From: Candidatus Moraniibacteriota bacterium
Lineage (GTDB): Bacteria > Patescibacteriota > Minisyncoccia > Moranbacterales > UBA1568
DNA: 64,000 bases
Assembly: GCA_963743885.1 (NCBI GenBank)
Contig: CAVURJ010000001.1
Location: 76,949 to 140,948, forward strand
Direction: 5' to 3'
A program made the translations under genes and the position numbers. Positions 20,092 through 30,683 of the stretch are shown one piece after another. The notes under the pieces were generated by a model. It was given only the letters and a program-made list of their open reading frames with translations, was not told the DNA's origin and ran no database searches. Position 1 is the first letter of the stretch. Each line of letters begins with the position of its first letter.

Positions 20092-20248
20092 GTTTCTGGC
20101 AAGATGTCTTTTTGAGAAAAAGAAACTGTCTGAGACGCTCTTGTTTCTCGAAAGATTTCCTTAGGCCGTGACGAGGGAGGGAAATGTTTCGCAAGAAACA
20201 AGAGCGACGAGTTTTTCTTTTTTGAGAAAAGAGTTTCTTGCCGGAAAC
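20092..20248 (+). repeat. ~157-bp long-hairpin dispersed repeat, copy A
   Basis: GTTTCTGGCAAGA...TCTTGCCGGAAAC; homologous to copies B-D. Confidence 0.9.
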
Positions 20249-20263
20249 CGTTCTCGGCTATGA

Positions 20264-22717
20264 CTAAAGGATCGTGAACGCTGCGACGCTATCACCAGCC
20301 TGCGGCTTCATCACGCGCACCCCCTGCGTCACGCGACCGAGAAGCGAGATGCTCTTAAACGGGATGCGGATGATCGTGCCCTTCTCGGAGGTGAGGATGA
20401 GATCGTCTTCGATATTCTCCATACTCGTGATGAGCGCACCGACGATATCACCGGTCTTATCGGTCACCTTCATCGCCTTGATGCCGGAGCCGCCGCGCTT
20501 CTGCGCCTTGAACTGACTGAGTTCACTGCGCTTGCCATAACCATGTCGCGAGAGCACGAGAAGCTCCATATCCTTGTCACCATCAGAGACGACATCCATC
20601 GCGACGATGCGATCCTTGTCATCCTTGAGCTTCATACCGCGCACACCGGCAGCGCTGCGACCCATCGGGCGAACATCGGATTCCTTGAAGCGGATGGACT
20701 GACCATCAGCGGTCGTCATCACGACTTCGTCCTGTCCGGTCGTCGGGCGAACCCAACCGAGCACGTCACCCTTCTCGAGTGAGATAGCGATGAGACCACT
20801 TCGGCGCACGTTCTCGAACTCTTCGATCTTGCTCTTCTTGACCGTACCCTTGGCCGTCGCCATGAAGAGATACTTGCAGCCGCCGTCCTTGAACGAGATG
20901 ACTGCCGTGATCTTCTCCTCCTGTGTCAGCTGGAGGAAATTGACGATCGCCTGGCCCTTCGCAGTGCGCGAAGACTCTGGGATCTCATATGCCTTAGTCT
21001 GGAAGACTTTGCCAGAATCAGTGAAGAACATGAGGTTGTCATGTGTCTCGATGGTGAGCACCTTGGCGATCTTGTCTTCTTCCTTGGTGGTCGCGCCGAT
21101 GACGCCCTTGCCGCCGCGCTTCTGCACGCGATAGACACCTGGGTTCATGCGCTTGATGTAACCGTCCTCGGTGAGCGTGATAATCGCTTCCTCGTTCGGA
21201 ATGAGATCCTCTTGCTTGAACTCGGAGATGCCGGTCTTCACGATGCGCGTGCGGCGATCATCGCCGAAACGGTCACGCACTTCGATGAGCTCGCTCTTCA
21301 CGAGCGCAAGGATCTTCTTGCGATGCTTGAGGAGGTCTTCGAGATACGCAATGAGCTTCAATTTTTCTTCGAGCTCGTCCTCAATCTTCTTGCGCTCGAG
21401 GCCAGCCAGTGTCTGGAGACGCATCTCGAGAATAGCGGTCGCCTGACGATCGGAGAGCTTGAACTTCTTCATGAGGTTCGCGTGGGCCTCTTCCTTGGTC
21501 GGAGACTTTTTGATGGTCTCGATGATCTGATCGATATGGTCGAGCGCGATCTTGAGACCTTCAAGGATATGCGCGCGGTCCTTGGCCTTCTGCAGGTCAT
21601 GCTCCGTACGACGCACGACGACAATCTCACGATGCTTGATATAGTGCTCGAGAATACTCTTGAGTGTGAGGATCTGTGGATCGGTGCCGTCGACGAGCGC
21701 GAGCATGTTGACGTTAAAGTTCTTCTGCAGGTCCGTCATCTGATAGAGCTGATTGAGCACCTTCTGCGGGAAGGCTTCCTTCTTGAGATCGACGACGATG
21801 CGCACGCCATCCTTGTCGGACTCATCGCGCAGGTCCTTGATGCCCACGATCTTCTCTTCCTTCACGAGCTCGGCGATCTTCATGATAAGCGACGCCTTGT
21901 TGGTCGCGTACGTCATCTCGGAAACGATGATCTGGAACATACCAGCCTTGGTCTCGACGATCTCCGCCTTGGCGCGCGTGACGATCGGGCCCTTGCCGGT
22001 CGCATAGGCCTCGCGGATATCCTTCTGGTTGTACATGATACCACCGGTCGGGAAGTCCGGACCTTTGACGAACTCCATCAGGTCATCGACGCTCGCTTCC
22101 GGATGATCGACGAGATGGCAAATACCATCCACGAGCTCATTGAGATTGTGCGGCGGAATATTGGTCGCCATACCGACCGCGATGCCCACGGTACCGTTCA
22201 AGAGGAGCTGTGGCAGCTTGGCTGGCAACACGACCGGTTCTTCATGTACGCCGTCGAAGTTCGGGATGAAATCCACGGTATCCTTCTCGATATCAATAAG
22301 CATCTCCTCAGCGATCGCCATGAGTTTAGCTTCGGTATAGCGATACGCTGCAGCGCTGTCACCGTCCATCGAGCCGAAGTTACCCTGGCCCCAGACGAGC
22401 GGATAGCGGAGCGAGAAGTCCTGCGCCATGCGGACCATGGTGTCATACACAGCCGAATCGCCGTGCGGATGGTACTTGCCGAGCACTTCGCCGACAACCG
22501 TCGCCGACTTGCGGAACTTCGACGTTGAGCGGAGCCCGGTCGACCACATGGAATACAGGATGCGACGATGCACCGGCTTCAAACCGTCGCGAACATCCGG
22601 CAGCGCGCGCGCCACGATGACCGACATCGCATAATCGAGATAGGATTGCTTCACTTCTTCCGCGATGCTCCGCGGCTCGATCTTCCCTTCATGGAATGCG
22701 CGCTTCTCTTCTGTCAT
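20264..22717 (-). CDS. gyrA: DNA gyrase subunit A
   Basis: [15 protein letters not shown] catalytic Tyr, GyrA box QKRGGKG. Confidence 0.97.
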   Translation of the reverse strand: MTEEKRAFHEGKIEPRSIAEEVKQSYLDYAMSVIVARALPDVRDGLKPVHRRILYSMWSTGLRSTSKFRKSATVVGEVLGKYHPHGDSAVYDTMVRMAQDFSLRYPLVWGQGNFGSMDGDSAAAYRYTEAKLMAIAEEMLIDIEKDTVDFIPNFDGVHEEPVVLPAKLPQLLLNGTVGIAVGMATNIPPHNLNELVDGICHLVDHPEASVDDLMEFVKGPDFPTGGIMYNQKDIREAYATGKGPIVTRAKAEIVETKAGMFQIIVSEMTYATNKASLIMKIAELVKEEKIVGIKDLRDESDKDGVRIVVDLKKEAFPQKVLNQLYQMTDLQKNFNVNMLALVDGTDPQILTLKSILEHYIKHREIVVVRRTEHDLQKAKDRAHILEGLKIALDHIDQIIETIKKSPTKEEAHANLMKKFKLSDRQATAILEMRLQTLAGLERKKIEDELEEKLKLIAYLEDLLKHRKKILALVKSELIEVRDRFGDDRRTRIVKTGISEFKQEDLIPNEEAIITLTEDGYIKRMNPGVYRVQKRGGKGVIGATTKEEDKIAKVLTIETHDNLMFFTDSGKVFQTKAYEIPESSRTAKGQAIVNFLQLTQEEKITAVISFKDGGCKYLFMATAKGTVKKSKIEEFENVRRSGLIAISLEKGDVLGWVRPTTGQDEVVMTTADGQSIRFKESDVRPMGRSAAGVRGMKLKDDKDRIVAMDVVSDGDKDMELLVLSRHGYGKRSELSQFKAQKRGGSGIKAMKVTDKTGDIVGALITSMENIEDDLILTSEKGTIIRIPFKSISLLGRVTQGVRVMKPQAGDSVAAFTIL

Positions 22718-22739
22718 AGATTCGTCGTATATATCGAAA

Positions 22740-23102
22740 TTATCTCGGCTGCACGGCAGGAATGCCTTCCTGCAGACTCGTATCGCCTCTCGTTCTCATC
22801 TGGTCTCGGAAGAACTCTTCACCGGTCGTCTTCTCGCTACTGTCTACGCGGAGCGGCGACGCCTCCTTCAACATATCGCTCAAGGATGGGGCCGGAGTAG
22901 CGTTCGGAGCGAGCTCTCTCCCCTTCTCGATAGCCTGCGGCACATCGCGCGAAATCGAATGAAAATTCTCGCGAACCGACAACATCCAGATACCGATGAC
23001 AAAAAGCATCGAGACAGCGAGACAAGCAAGTGCGTAGCGCATGCGTACCGGCTCAGGCTGCCGCCGTACCTCTTCTATCTTCTCCCAGATATTAAGTGTC
23101 AT
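22740..23102 (-). CDS. Small single-pass membrane protein
   Basis: [14 protein letters not shown] followed by TM helix. Confidence 0.65.
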   Translation of the reverse strand: MTLNIWEKIEEVRRQPEPVRMRYALACLAVSMLFVIGIWMLSVRENFHSISRDVPQAIEKGRELAPNATPAPSLSDMLKEASPLRVDSSEKTTGEEFFRDQMRTRGDTSLQEGIPAVQPR

Positions 23103-23142
23103 AAGAAAAACTGAACGGCTAGGGTAGAAATTTAAACGACTG

Positions 23143-23802
23143 CTATGCTCCTCTCTCAAGCAGCACGACTTCGAGCGTCTTCTCCTCAAGATCCTTCTTC
23201 TTTATGTTGAGCCGCGGGAGCGATTCCTTCGGGCAGCTTCCAATGGCTTCGCAGAACGCCTTCTCTGTTTCAAGCGGGAGCGAGAGTCCAGCGATCTTAT
23301 AGTGCATCGGGATGACGATATTTGGCTCGATCTTCCGCACCATCTCGGCCGCGACCTTTGCAGAGAGCGTATCAGAACCACCAACCGGAATAAAAAGAAT
23401 GTCGACACCATTCAGCTTATCGAGCATCTCCGGTGAAAGATCATGGCCAAGAGCGCCGAGGAAGCAGATATGGATATCCTCGCTCTCGAAGATGAAGATC
23501 GTATTCTGACCTCGCTCCGCGCCATTCTGTTCATCACGAAACGACGAGAAACCAAGCGCTGCAATACCTTTCGCGGCATACTCACCGGGAGCGTCGAGCA
23601 CGACCGGCGATCCCTTGAGGGATTCCTTGGCCGAATCTGCATCGCCATGTGTCAGGAAAACGATATTCGCTTCGCCCTGCGGCGCGCGGAGACCAGCGCC
23701 CTTCTCGAGTGGATCAGTCCAGATGATGACATCATCGGTCGCACGACCAGCCGGCTTGGTGCTGATCTTGAAGCAATAATCGCCGTAGTACTGTATGTTC
23801 AT
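23143..23802 (-). CDS. MBL-fold metallo-hydrolase-like protein
   Basis: FLTHGD, PGEY, DILFIPVGG, IPMHY. Confidence 0.85.
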   Translation of the reverse strand: MNIQYYGDYCFKISTKPAGRATDDVIIWTDPLEKGAGLRAPQGEANIVFLTHGDADSAKESLKGSPVVLDAPGEYAAKGIAALGFSSFRDEQNGAERGQNTIFIFESEDIHICFLGALGHDLSPEMLDKLNGVDILFIPVGGSDTLSAKVAAEMVRKIEPNIVIPMHYKIAGLSLPLETEKAFCEAIGSCPKESLPRLNIKKKDLEEKTLEVVLLERGA

Positions 23803-23977
23803 AGCGGGAGATAACCAAAGAGAGATAACACAGCCATTCTAACAGGAATGCGATGCCTTGTCGAGCATCATCAGACATCCATAAAACTGCTAGAGAGAGC
23901 CTGGGGATTGACTTTTTCCGATTCTCTGATACACTGGAAAAACATCACGTTTCTAATCCGGATCATATCATTTTCGT

Positions 23978-24118
23978 ATGCCAAAGAGGACATACCAGCC
24001 GAAGACCCGCAAGCGCGCCAGGCGCCATGGGTTTCTCGAGCGCATGAGCACCGTTGGCGGCCGCAAGGTCGTCGCTCGCCGCCGCGCCGCCGGTCGGAAG
24101 AAGCTGACCGTTGCCTAA
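23978..24118 (+). CDS. rpmH: 50S ribosomal protein L34 (not in ORF track)
   Basis: [46 protein letters not shown]. Confidence 0.97.
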   Translation: MPKRTYQPKTRKRARRHGFLERMSTVGGRKVVARRRAAGRKKLTVA

Positions 24119-24134
24119 GGAAAACGGCTGCATT

Positions 24135-24473
24135 ATGCTAAAAAAGGGCTTCCGTATCACGAAACAAGAGGATTTTGACAGGGTGTTTCGCAGCGGGAAG
24201 CCCCTTTTTTTTGGAGAGATCGGTTGCAAAGGATTCAAAAATGGGCTTGATCACATACGAATAGGCTTTTCTATAAGCAAAAAGCATGTTCCGCTCGCCG
24301 TCGATCGCAACCGGCTCCGTCGGATACTCTCCGAAGCCTTCGCTGCCGCATCGGCCGAATGGCCGGCATCGATGGATATCATCTTCTTTTCAGCCAAAAA
24401 AACAGCGCCAATCAGCCTTGATGAAGCAAAAATTATCATCAGCCAGATGCTCCACAAAGCCAATCGCGCATAA
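24135..24473 (+). CDS. rnpA: Ribonuclease P protein component
   Basis: RIGFSISKK, AVDRNRLRR (RNR motif); follows rpmH. Confidence 0.93.
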   Translation: MLKKGFRITKQEDFDRVFRSGKPLFFGEIGCKGFKNGLDHIRIGFSISKKHVPLAVDRNRLRRILSEAFAAASAEWPASMDIIFFSAKKTAPISLDEAKIIISQMLHKANRA

Positions 24474-24661
24474 GTAACCGTTCAAATTCTCACCGCCTAT
24501 TAAATAAGAAAAGAAATCATGCTTGTCTGATAAAATGTCCGGATTTCGGCTGAAAACCTTTCAAAGCTCGTCTGGTTATCTCGATAGCCTTCCTCGCTTC
24601 TTCAAAGTTTTCATCTCGAAATCCGAACATTTTCTCAAGACATGAGATTTTGAACGGTTAC
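24474..24661. mobile_element. MITE-like long imperfect hairpin
   Basis: TIR GTAACCGTTCAAA/TTTGAACGGTTAC, TAA on both flanks, extended internal complementarity. Confidence 0.6.
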
Positions 24662-24685
24662 TAACAAACGAGAAAAACGCTTCTT

Positions 24686-25414
24686 ATGGGATATTTCTTC
24701 CACTCCTTCATTTACGAGCCGATCTACAACACGCTCGTCTACCTCTACGACACCGTTCCAGGCGGCGATTTCGGCATCGCCATCATCCTGACGACCATCC
24801 TCCTCAAGACCCTTTTCATCCCGCTTTCCAAGAAGCAGATTGAATCCCAGAAGAAGATGCAGGAGCTCCAGCCCAAGATCAAAGAGCTACAGCAGCGCTA
24901 CAAGAACGACAAAGAAAAGCAGACAAAGGCCATCATGGACCTTTACAAGGAGCATAAGGCCAACCCAGTTTCCGGCTGTCTGCCGCTCATTATCCAGCTC
25001 GTCTTCCTGATTGCTATCTATCAGGTCATCATCAATATCTCCCAGGCTGGCTTCCTCGCCAACCCAGCAGATCTCTACGCGTTCGTAGCGGATCCTGGAC
25101 AGATCAATCAGCTGTTCCTGCATTTCCTCGATCTCTCAAAGCCAAACTACGTCCTAGCCGTCTTTTCAGCCATAGCACAGTACTATCAGACCAAGATGAT
25201 CATGGGCCAGCAGGCGGCCAAGACTCCGAAGAACGACGCCCCTTCCGACCAGCCGGACTTTGCCGCTATAATGAATAAGCAGATGCTCTACCTCGGCCCT
25301 GGCATCACCCTCTTCATCGGTGCCACCTTCCCAGCCGCGCTCTCGCTCTACTGGCTCGTCTCGACCCTCTTCATGATCTTCCAGCAGATGTTCATCCTTA
25401 AGCCGAAAGCCTAA
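24686..25414 (+). CDS. yidC: Membrane protein insertase YidC (short form)
   Basis: FGIAII, LQPKIKELQ, NPVSGCLP, LSLYWLVS. Confidence 0.93.
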   Translation: MGYFFHSFIYEPIYNTLVYLYDTVPGGDFGIAIILTTILLKTLFIPLSKKQIESQKKMQELQPKIKELQQRYKNDKEKQTKAIMDLYKEHKANPVSGCLPLIIQLVFLIAIYQVIINISQAGFLANPADLYAFVADPGQINQLFLHFLDLSKPNYVLAVFSAIAQYYQTKMIMGQQAAKTPKNDAPSDQPDFAAIMNKQMLYLGPGITLFIGATFPAALSLYWLVSTLFMIFQQMFILKPKA

Positions 25415-25419
25415 CGCCT

Positions 25420-25908
25420 ATGGAAACTGCACACCAAGAAACCGTCAAAGGGATCGTCAATGACCTGATGGAGAAGATGGGTTTCACCGCCTCGGTGGAA
25501 GTCCGTCCGCTCGCCTCATCCGAGACGATTCTCTTCGCTATCCGCGTCGAAGGCGACCAGCATCTCCTGATCGGCCAGCATGGCGCCAATCTCGCCGCGC
25601 TCCAACACCTGGTCCGCGCTATCGTCCGCCAGAAGACCGGGGAACGACTCGATATCACTGTCGATGTCAACGACTACTTCGCAGAAAAAGCTGCGCTCCT
25701 CATGAAGGAAGCTGATAAAGTCGTCGCCGAAGTTCTCGAGAACCGCATCTCCGTCGCGCTCCGTCCGATGCTGCCGTATGAACGCAAGATCGTGCACTCG
25801 CACCTCGCCAAGCACGACGGCGTCACGACCGAAAGCATCGGAAACGGACCCGACCGCAAGGTTCTCGTCCGCCCGAAAGTTTCGGATACCGTTCCGGACG
25901 AAGCATAG
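25420..25908 (+). CDS. Jag/KhpB KH-R3H RNA-binding protein
   Basis: LIGQHGANLAALQ (KH), ERKIVH (R3H). Confidence 0.88.
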   Translation: METAHQETVKGIVNDLMEKMGFTASVEVRPLASSETILFAIRVEGDQHLLIGQHGANLAALQHLVRAIVRQKTGERLDITVDVNDYFAEKAALLMKEADKVVAEVLENRISVALRPMLPYERKIVHSHLAKHDGVTTESIGNGPDRKVLVRPKVSDTVPDEA

Positions 25909-25938
25909 TCATCATCCGGCCGCACCAATCTCCTCTCT

Positions 25939-27402
25939 ATGGCCGTCGCCAGAAAAATTGCCTATATCGTCATCCTGAACTCCTTCCTCAAGGTGTTTTC
26001 GACGGTCGCGCTCTCACTCCTCTCCATCCGGCTCATCACCGGCTATCTCGGCCAGGACGGATTCGGTGACTACGCTACCGTGCTCGCATTCTTCTCATTT
26101 TTTTCTGCTATTGCCGACCTCGGCATCGGCGCTGTCACTGCTCGCGAAATATCCCGAGAAGGCGCCGACGAAGGCAAGATCCTCGGTCACGTCATCTCGC
26201 TCCGCATCCTCTCTGCCGCTGCCCTCATTCTCCTCTCACCAGCTGTCATCTTCTTCTTCGATTATTCGCGAGAAGTCGAGATCGGTATCCTGATCGCCGC
26301 CATCGCCACCGTCTTCTCGACCCTCTCGCTCACGCTCAACGGCATCTTCCAAAAGCACCTCGCCATGGACAAGGTGGCAATGGTCGAATTCCTCGGCAAG
26401 CTCCTCCAGGTCGGCGCAGTCTTCCTCATCGTGAAAGCTGACCTAGGATTCCTCGCGATCGCCGCAACGCTCCTTGTCTCACTCTCCTGGAATGCGCTCG
26501 TCGTACTCCTCATCAGCCGGCGCTACACCACTTTCCGCCTCCGTATCGACACAGCTGCTTGGAAGGATTTCCTCCGCGAGTCCTGGCCGATGGGCATGAC
26601 CGCGATCATCACTTTCGCCTACTTCAAGATGGACACCATCCTCCTCTCGGTGCTCCAGACCAGCTCGGAAGTCGGCATCTACAACGTGGCCTACAAGATC
26701 ATGGAAAACCTGATCTTCTTCCCAGCCATGCTCGCCGGCCTCGTCTTGCCGCTCCTCTCACGTTCCATCTTCACTGATCGCCCGCACTTCGACGAAGTCG
26801 CCAACAAGACCTTCAAGGTCTTCCTCATCATTGTGCTACCACTCATCATCGGTACCTGGTTCCTTGCGAGCGATATCATCGCTATCGTCTCCGGAGCCGG
26901 CTTCCTCGAGGCCGCCCCGGTGCTCCGCATGCTCGTCTTCGCGCTCGGCTTCATCTTCTTCGGGCATTTCTTCAACATGCTGCTCATCGTCAGCAATGCC
27001 CAAAAGAAACTCATGCAGACACTCATCATCGCCGCCGTCTTCAATATCCTCGCCAATCTCTACCTCATCCGGGAATATTCATACCTCGGTGCCGCGACCG
27101 CATCGATCGCGACGGAAACACTCGTCGTACTCCTCACCGGCTTCCTTGCCTACCGTCACATCCGCTTCATCCCCTCCTTCGAAAATATCGGCCGCATCGC
27201 GCTCTCCGCGCTCGCCATGACCGCCACACTCTTCTTCCTCGAGCCGTTCTCATTCCTTCTCTCTGGTATCGCCGGTGTCGCTGTCTATATCCTCGTGCTC
27301 TGGCTGACAGACGCCGTCAATCACACCGAGCTCGCCAGCCTCTTCCAGAAAGGCGGCTCATCAACAGAAGAAGCCGAGCACATGGAAACCATGCTGCCGT
27401 AG
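25939..27402 (+). CDS. Polysaccharide flippase (Wzx/MOP family)
   Basis: ~14 TMs, YLGQDGFGDY, DTILLS, VGIYNVA. Confidence 0.88.
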   Translation: MAVARKIAYIVILNSFLKVFSTVALSLLSIRLITGYLGQDGFGDYATVLAFFSFFSAIADLGIGAVTAREISREGADEGKILGHVISLRILSAAALILLSPAVIFFFDYSREVEIGILIAAIATVFSTLSLTLNGIFQKHLAMDKVAMVEFLGKLLQVGAVFLIVKADLGFLAIAATLLVSLSWNALVVLLISRRYTTFRLRIDTAAWKDFLRESWPMGMTAIITFAYFKMDTILLSVLQTSSEVGIYNVAYKIMENLIFFPAMLAGLVLPLLSRSIFTDRPHFDEVANKTFKVFLIIVLPLIIGTWFLASDIIAIVSGAGFLEAAPVLRMLVFALGFIFFGHFFNMLLIVSNAQKKLMQTLIIAAVFNILANLYLIREYSYLGAATASIATETLVVLLTGFLAYRHIRFIPSFENIGRIALSALAMTATLFFLEPFSFLLSGIAGVAVYILVLWLTDAVNHTELASLFQKGGSSTEEAEHMETMLP

Positions 27403-27434
27403 GATCGTTTTCGTCATCGAAAACACCCTTCTTA

Positions 27435-27611
27435 GTTTCCGGCTAGATGTCTTTTTGAGAAAAAGAAACTGTCCGAGACACCCTTGTTTCCCGAAGGATT
27501 CCCTTGGGTCGTAAAGAATGAGGCCTGCCTGCCGGTAGGCAGGGGAATGCTTCGTTAGAAACAAGGGTGATGAGTTTTTCTTTTTTTCAAAAAGAGTTTC
27601 TGGCCGGAAAC
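27435..27611 (+). repeat. ~157-bp hairpin repeat, copy B, with 20-bp palindrome inserted at 27524-27543
   Basis: Aligns to copy A with an extra CCTGCCTGCCGGTAGGCAGG. Confidence 0.9.
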
Positions 27612-27645
27612 CGATACTCCTCAAAACCGACTGACAGCCATCACT

Positions 27646-28530
27646 ATGCCAAAAGTCGCTATCATCGTCCTCAACTGGAACGGGCATGACTGCCTCCCTG
27701 GCTGCTTGTCATCTCTCGATTCCCTTTCTTACCCAGACAAAGAGATCATCGTCATCGATAACGGATCAAGCGACGATTCTCTCGCGCTCGCCAAGCGCGA
27801 CTTCCCACACTGCCTCTTCATCGAGAACAGCGAGAACCTCGGCTTCGCTTCCGGCATGAATCGCGGTATCCGCGTCGCCCTCGATCGCGGCGCTGACTAT
27901 GTCTGGCTCTTCAACTACGACGCGCAAGCAGCAGCCGATTCCCTCTCGCTCCTCATCGACACAGCCTCATCGCATCCGGAGGCTGGGCTCTTCAGTCCGG
28001 TCATCACCGATCAAAACGAGAAAGTCTGGTTCGCCAAAGGACAGATCGATTTCCTCCGCATGCGCGCCACCCATGTGGAGCCGTCGCCCCGAGAACTCAC
28101 GGCCGATGCCTATCCAAGCCCGTTCCTCACCGGCTGCGCGCTCCTCATAAGGAGAGGCGCCTTAGAAAGCATCGGCTTCTTCGATGAGGATTTCTTCCTC
28201 TATTATGAGGATGCCGACCTCTGCCTGCGCGCCAAAGCCTCTGGCTTCCACTCCCTTGTTGTTCCGAAAGCACGGGTCATACATGCCGAAAAGAGCCGGG
28301 AAAACCCAGAAAAGACCTACTATCTGGTCCTTTCAGGCCTCATGTTCTCAGCCAAGCACGCGCCGCGGCTCATCCGGCCATATCTCGCCATATATGCTAC
28401 AATACGGAGACTGAAAAACCGCTTGGATCTGCTTCGTGGGAGGGATGAGGCAGAAGCCGTCGCGAAAGCCTATAGAGACTTCGACCGCTATGAACACCCC
28501 TCTCTTCTCGATCGTCATCGTCAATTATAA
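27646..28530 (+). CDS. Glycosyltransferase family 2
   Basis: IIVLNWN, DNGSSD, NLGFA, FDEDFFLYYEDADLC. Confidence 0.92.
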   Translation: MPKVAIIVLNWNGHDCLPGCLSSLDSLSYPDKEIIVIDNGSSDDSLALAKRDFPHCLFIENSENLGFASGMNRGIRVALDRGADYVWLFNYDAQAAADSLSLLIDTASSHPEAGLFSPVITDQNEKVWFAKGQIDFLRMRATHVEPSPRELTADAYPSPFLTGCALLIRRGALESIGFFDEDFFLYYEDADLCLRAKASGFHSLVVPKARVIHAEKSRENPEKTYYLVLSGLMFSAKHAPRLIRPYLAIYATIRRLKNRLDLLRGRDEAEAVAKAYRDFDRYEHPSLLDRHRQL

Positions 28531-29275
28531 AAGCGCTGCGCGCCTGGCGCGCTTGCTCGCGAGTCTGCCCGCCCGAAACGGCGAGTATTCCGTCATCGTC
28601 GCCAACAACGACCCATCGGAAAGCCGCGTGCTCGGACAGCTCTCTTCAGCATTCCCCTTCACGCTTATCGAAACCGGTGCGAACCGCGGCTTCGCAGCCG
28701 GGGCGAATGTCGGCGCCCTCGCAGCAACCGGGGACATCATCGGCTTTATCAATCCCGACATGCTCTGGGACGGTGTCTCCTTCGAAGCGATTCGTTCGGC
28801 ATTCGAATCAGATGGAGAAACTGGCATCATCGGACTCGGACTCACCGATCCAAACGGCCGCCCCGAAGATTGGAGCTTTGGTCACGACCCATCGCTCACC
28901 GAACTCATCAAGAACAACATCCTCCGGAACCGCCAGACCAATCAACCAGAAAAAAAGTCGCTCCTCACTGATTGGGTCAGCGGCGGTGCGCTCTTCATCC
29001 GGAAGGATCTCTTCCAGAAGCTCGGCGGATTCGATGAAGATTTCTTCCTCTATTTCGAAGATGCCGACCTCTGTCGCCGGGCGCGCCTCTTGGGAACAAA
29101 AGTCCGGATCGCTCCGCACCTGCCGATCATCCACCTCGGCGGTCAAAGCCAAGAATCACAAGCGCTACAGAAAAGGTATTTCTATACTTCCCAATCCGCC
29201 TATTTCCGTAAGCATCGCCCACGCGCCGAATACTACATGCTCCGCTTCCTCCGCTTCCTCCGTTACGGACTCTAG
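28490..29275 (+). CDS. Glycosyltransferase family 2
   Basis: SIVIVNY, NRGFAAGAN, INPD, GFDEDFFLYFEDADLC. Confidence 0.92.
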   Translation: MNTPLFSIVIVNYKSAARLARLLASLPARNGEYSVIVANNDPSESRVLGQLSSAFPFTLIETGANRGFAAGANVGALAATGDIIGFINPDMLWDGVSFEAIRSAFESDGETGIIGLGLTDPNGRPEDWSFGHDPSLTELIKNNILRNRQTNQPEKKSLLTDWVSGGALFIRKDLFQKLGGFDEDFFLYFEDADLCRRARLLGTKVRIAPHLPIIHLGGQSQESQALQKRYFYTSQSAYFRKHRPRAEYYMLRFLRFLRYGL

Positions 29276-29337
29276 CCTCTAGAGCACAGACATATAAGAG
29301 CAATGCTTCTCCCCGCATTCCATTCTGCAATCAAGCT

Positions 29338-30654
29338 ATGGCTATCCTCCTCTCACTCTATCTTCTCATCCTGCCGATCCAGTTCGCACTTTCCCCGATA
29401 GCTGGCATCGATCTTGCGCTTTCGCGCGTCCTCGCACTCGCTATCATCGGAGTATGGGCGGCTCTCTCCCTAGCACGCCGTTCCCTCATCCTGCCACGAC
29501 CAGCCATCCTCCTGCCGTTCGTCTCATTCCTCGCCATCGCATCCATCTCATACTGCTGGGCGGAAAACCGTGACTGGGCACTCCGAAAGATCATCTTCCT
29601 CTGGAATTTCTTCCCTCTTCTCGTAGTATTCGCCGCTGCCTTGAAGGAACCTGGTGCACGCCTCCTTGTCATCCGCGCCATCACCTTCTCCGGCGCTCTC
29701 GCTGGCATGATCGGACTCATCCAGTCAGCCGCTCAACTCCTCTTCGGCGTCGAACGCGTCTTCGCCTTCTGGACTGGCACGCTCCTGCCATTCTTCCTCG
29801 GTACCGGACTCGGCGGATCGGTCGCCAGCTATCCAAGCCTCCTCGTCAACATCTCCGGGGCGACCGTGCTCCGCGCCTCGGCGCTCTTTCCGGACCCACA
29901 CATGCTCTCGCTCTTCCTCGGGCTTGCACTACCGATCGCAGCAGGATATGCGCTCTCGCGACCAAAAGGCTCGCGCGCTCTTCCGATCGCAGCAGCCACC
30001 ATCATCCTCGCTGCCGACCTCCTCACTTTCTCCCGCGGCGGCTATGTCGGACTAGCAGCCGGGATACTCGCAGTTGGAATACTCTCTTTCCATGAACGCC
30101 TCTCCGCCGAAACAGTCAAGCGGATACTGATTGGGATAGCCGCTGTCGCCATGCTTGCTATCACGCTCCTCATAACACCTATCGGGACACGCTTCCTCTC
30201 GAGCTTCTCTTCCGATGACGGATCAAATAGCGAACGCCTCCGCCTCTGGCAGGAAGCTGCGGACCATATCATCAGCCAGCCGATTCTCGGCGTAGGCCTC
30301 GGCAACTATCCACTCGCCGTGAAACCATCGGCTGATTATCGCGAACCAATCTATGCTCACAGCCTCTATCTCGACATCGGTGTGGAGATAGGCCTCGTCG
30401 GGCTTTCAGCATTCGTCAGTCTCATCATCGTCGTACTTCTTACCGCCTCATCTACATGGATCAGGCAACGCGATGTCCTGGCAGCAGCAACCACCGTCTC
30501 GCTCATAATCTTCTCAGCGCACTCCCTCTTCGAACTACCACTCTTCTCTGTCCAGGTGCTACCACTCCTCCTCGCGATCATCGCACTCGCCTCGCACAAA
30601 GAAGTCAACACGCCGATTTCCAGCCGCATCCATCGAAATGACACTGCCATATAA
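29338..30654 (+). CDS. O-antigen ligase/Wzy-like membrane protein
   Basis: RASALFPDPH, TFSRGG, RLRLW, GVGLGNY, YAHSLYL. Confidence 0.88.
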   Translation: MAILLSLYLLILPIQFALSPIAGIDLALSRVLALAIIGVWAALSLARRSLILPRPAILLPFVSFLAIASISYCWAENRDWALRKIIFLWNFFPLLVVFAAALKEPGARLLVIRAITFSGALAGMIGLIQSAAQLLFGVERVFAFWTGTLLPFFLGTGLGGSVASYPSLLVNISGATVLRASALFPDPHMLSLFLGLALPIAAGYALSRPKGSRALPIAAATIILAADLLTFSRGGYVGLAAGILAVGILSFHERLSAETVKRILIGIAAVAMLAITLLITPIGTRFLSSFSSDDGSNSERLRLWQEAADHIISQPILGVGLGNYPLAVKPSADYREPIYAHSLYLDIGVEIGLVGLSAFVSLIIVVLLTASSTWIRQRDVLAAATTVSLIIFSAHSLFELPLFSVQVLPLLLAIIALASHKEVNTPISSRIHRNDTAI

Positions 30655-30683
30655 CCTTATATGATAGTATTTATTCACAGCCT

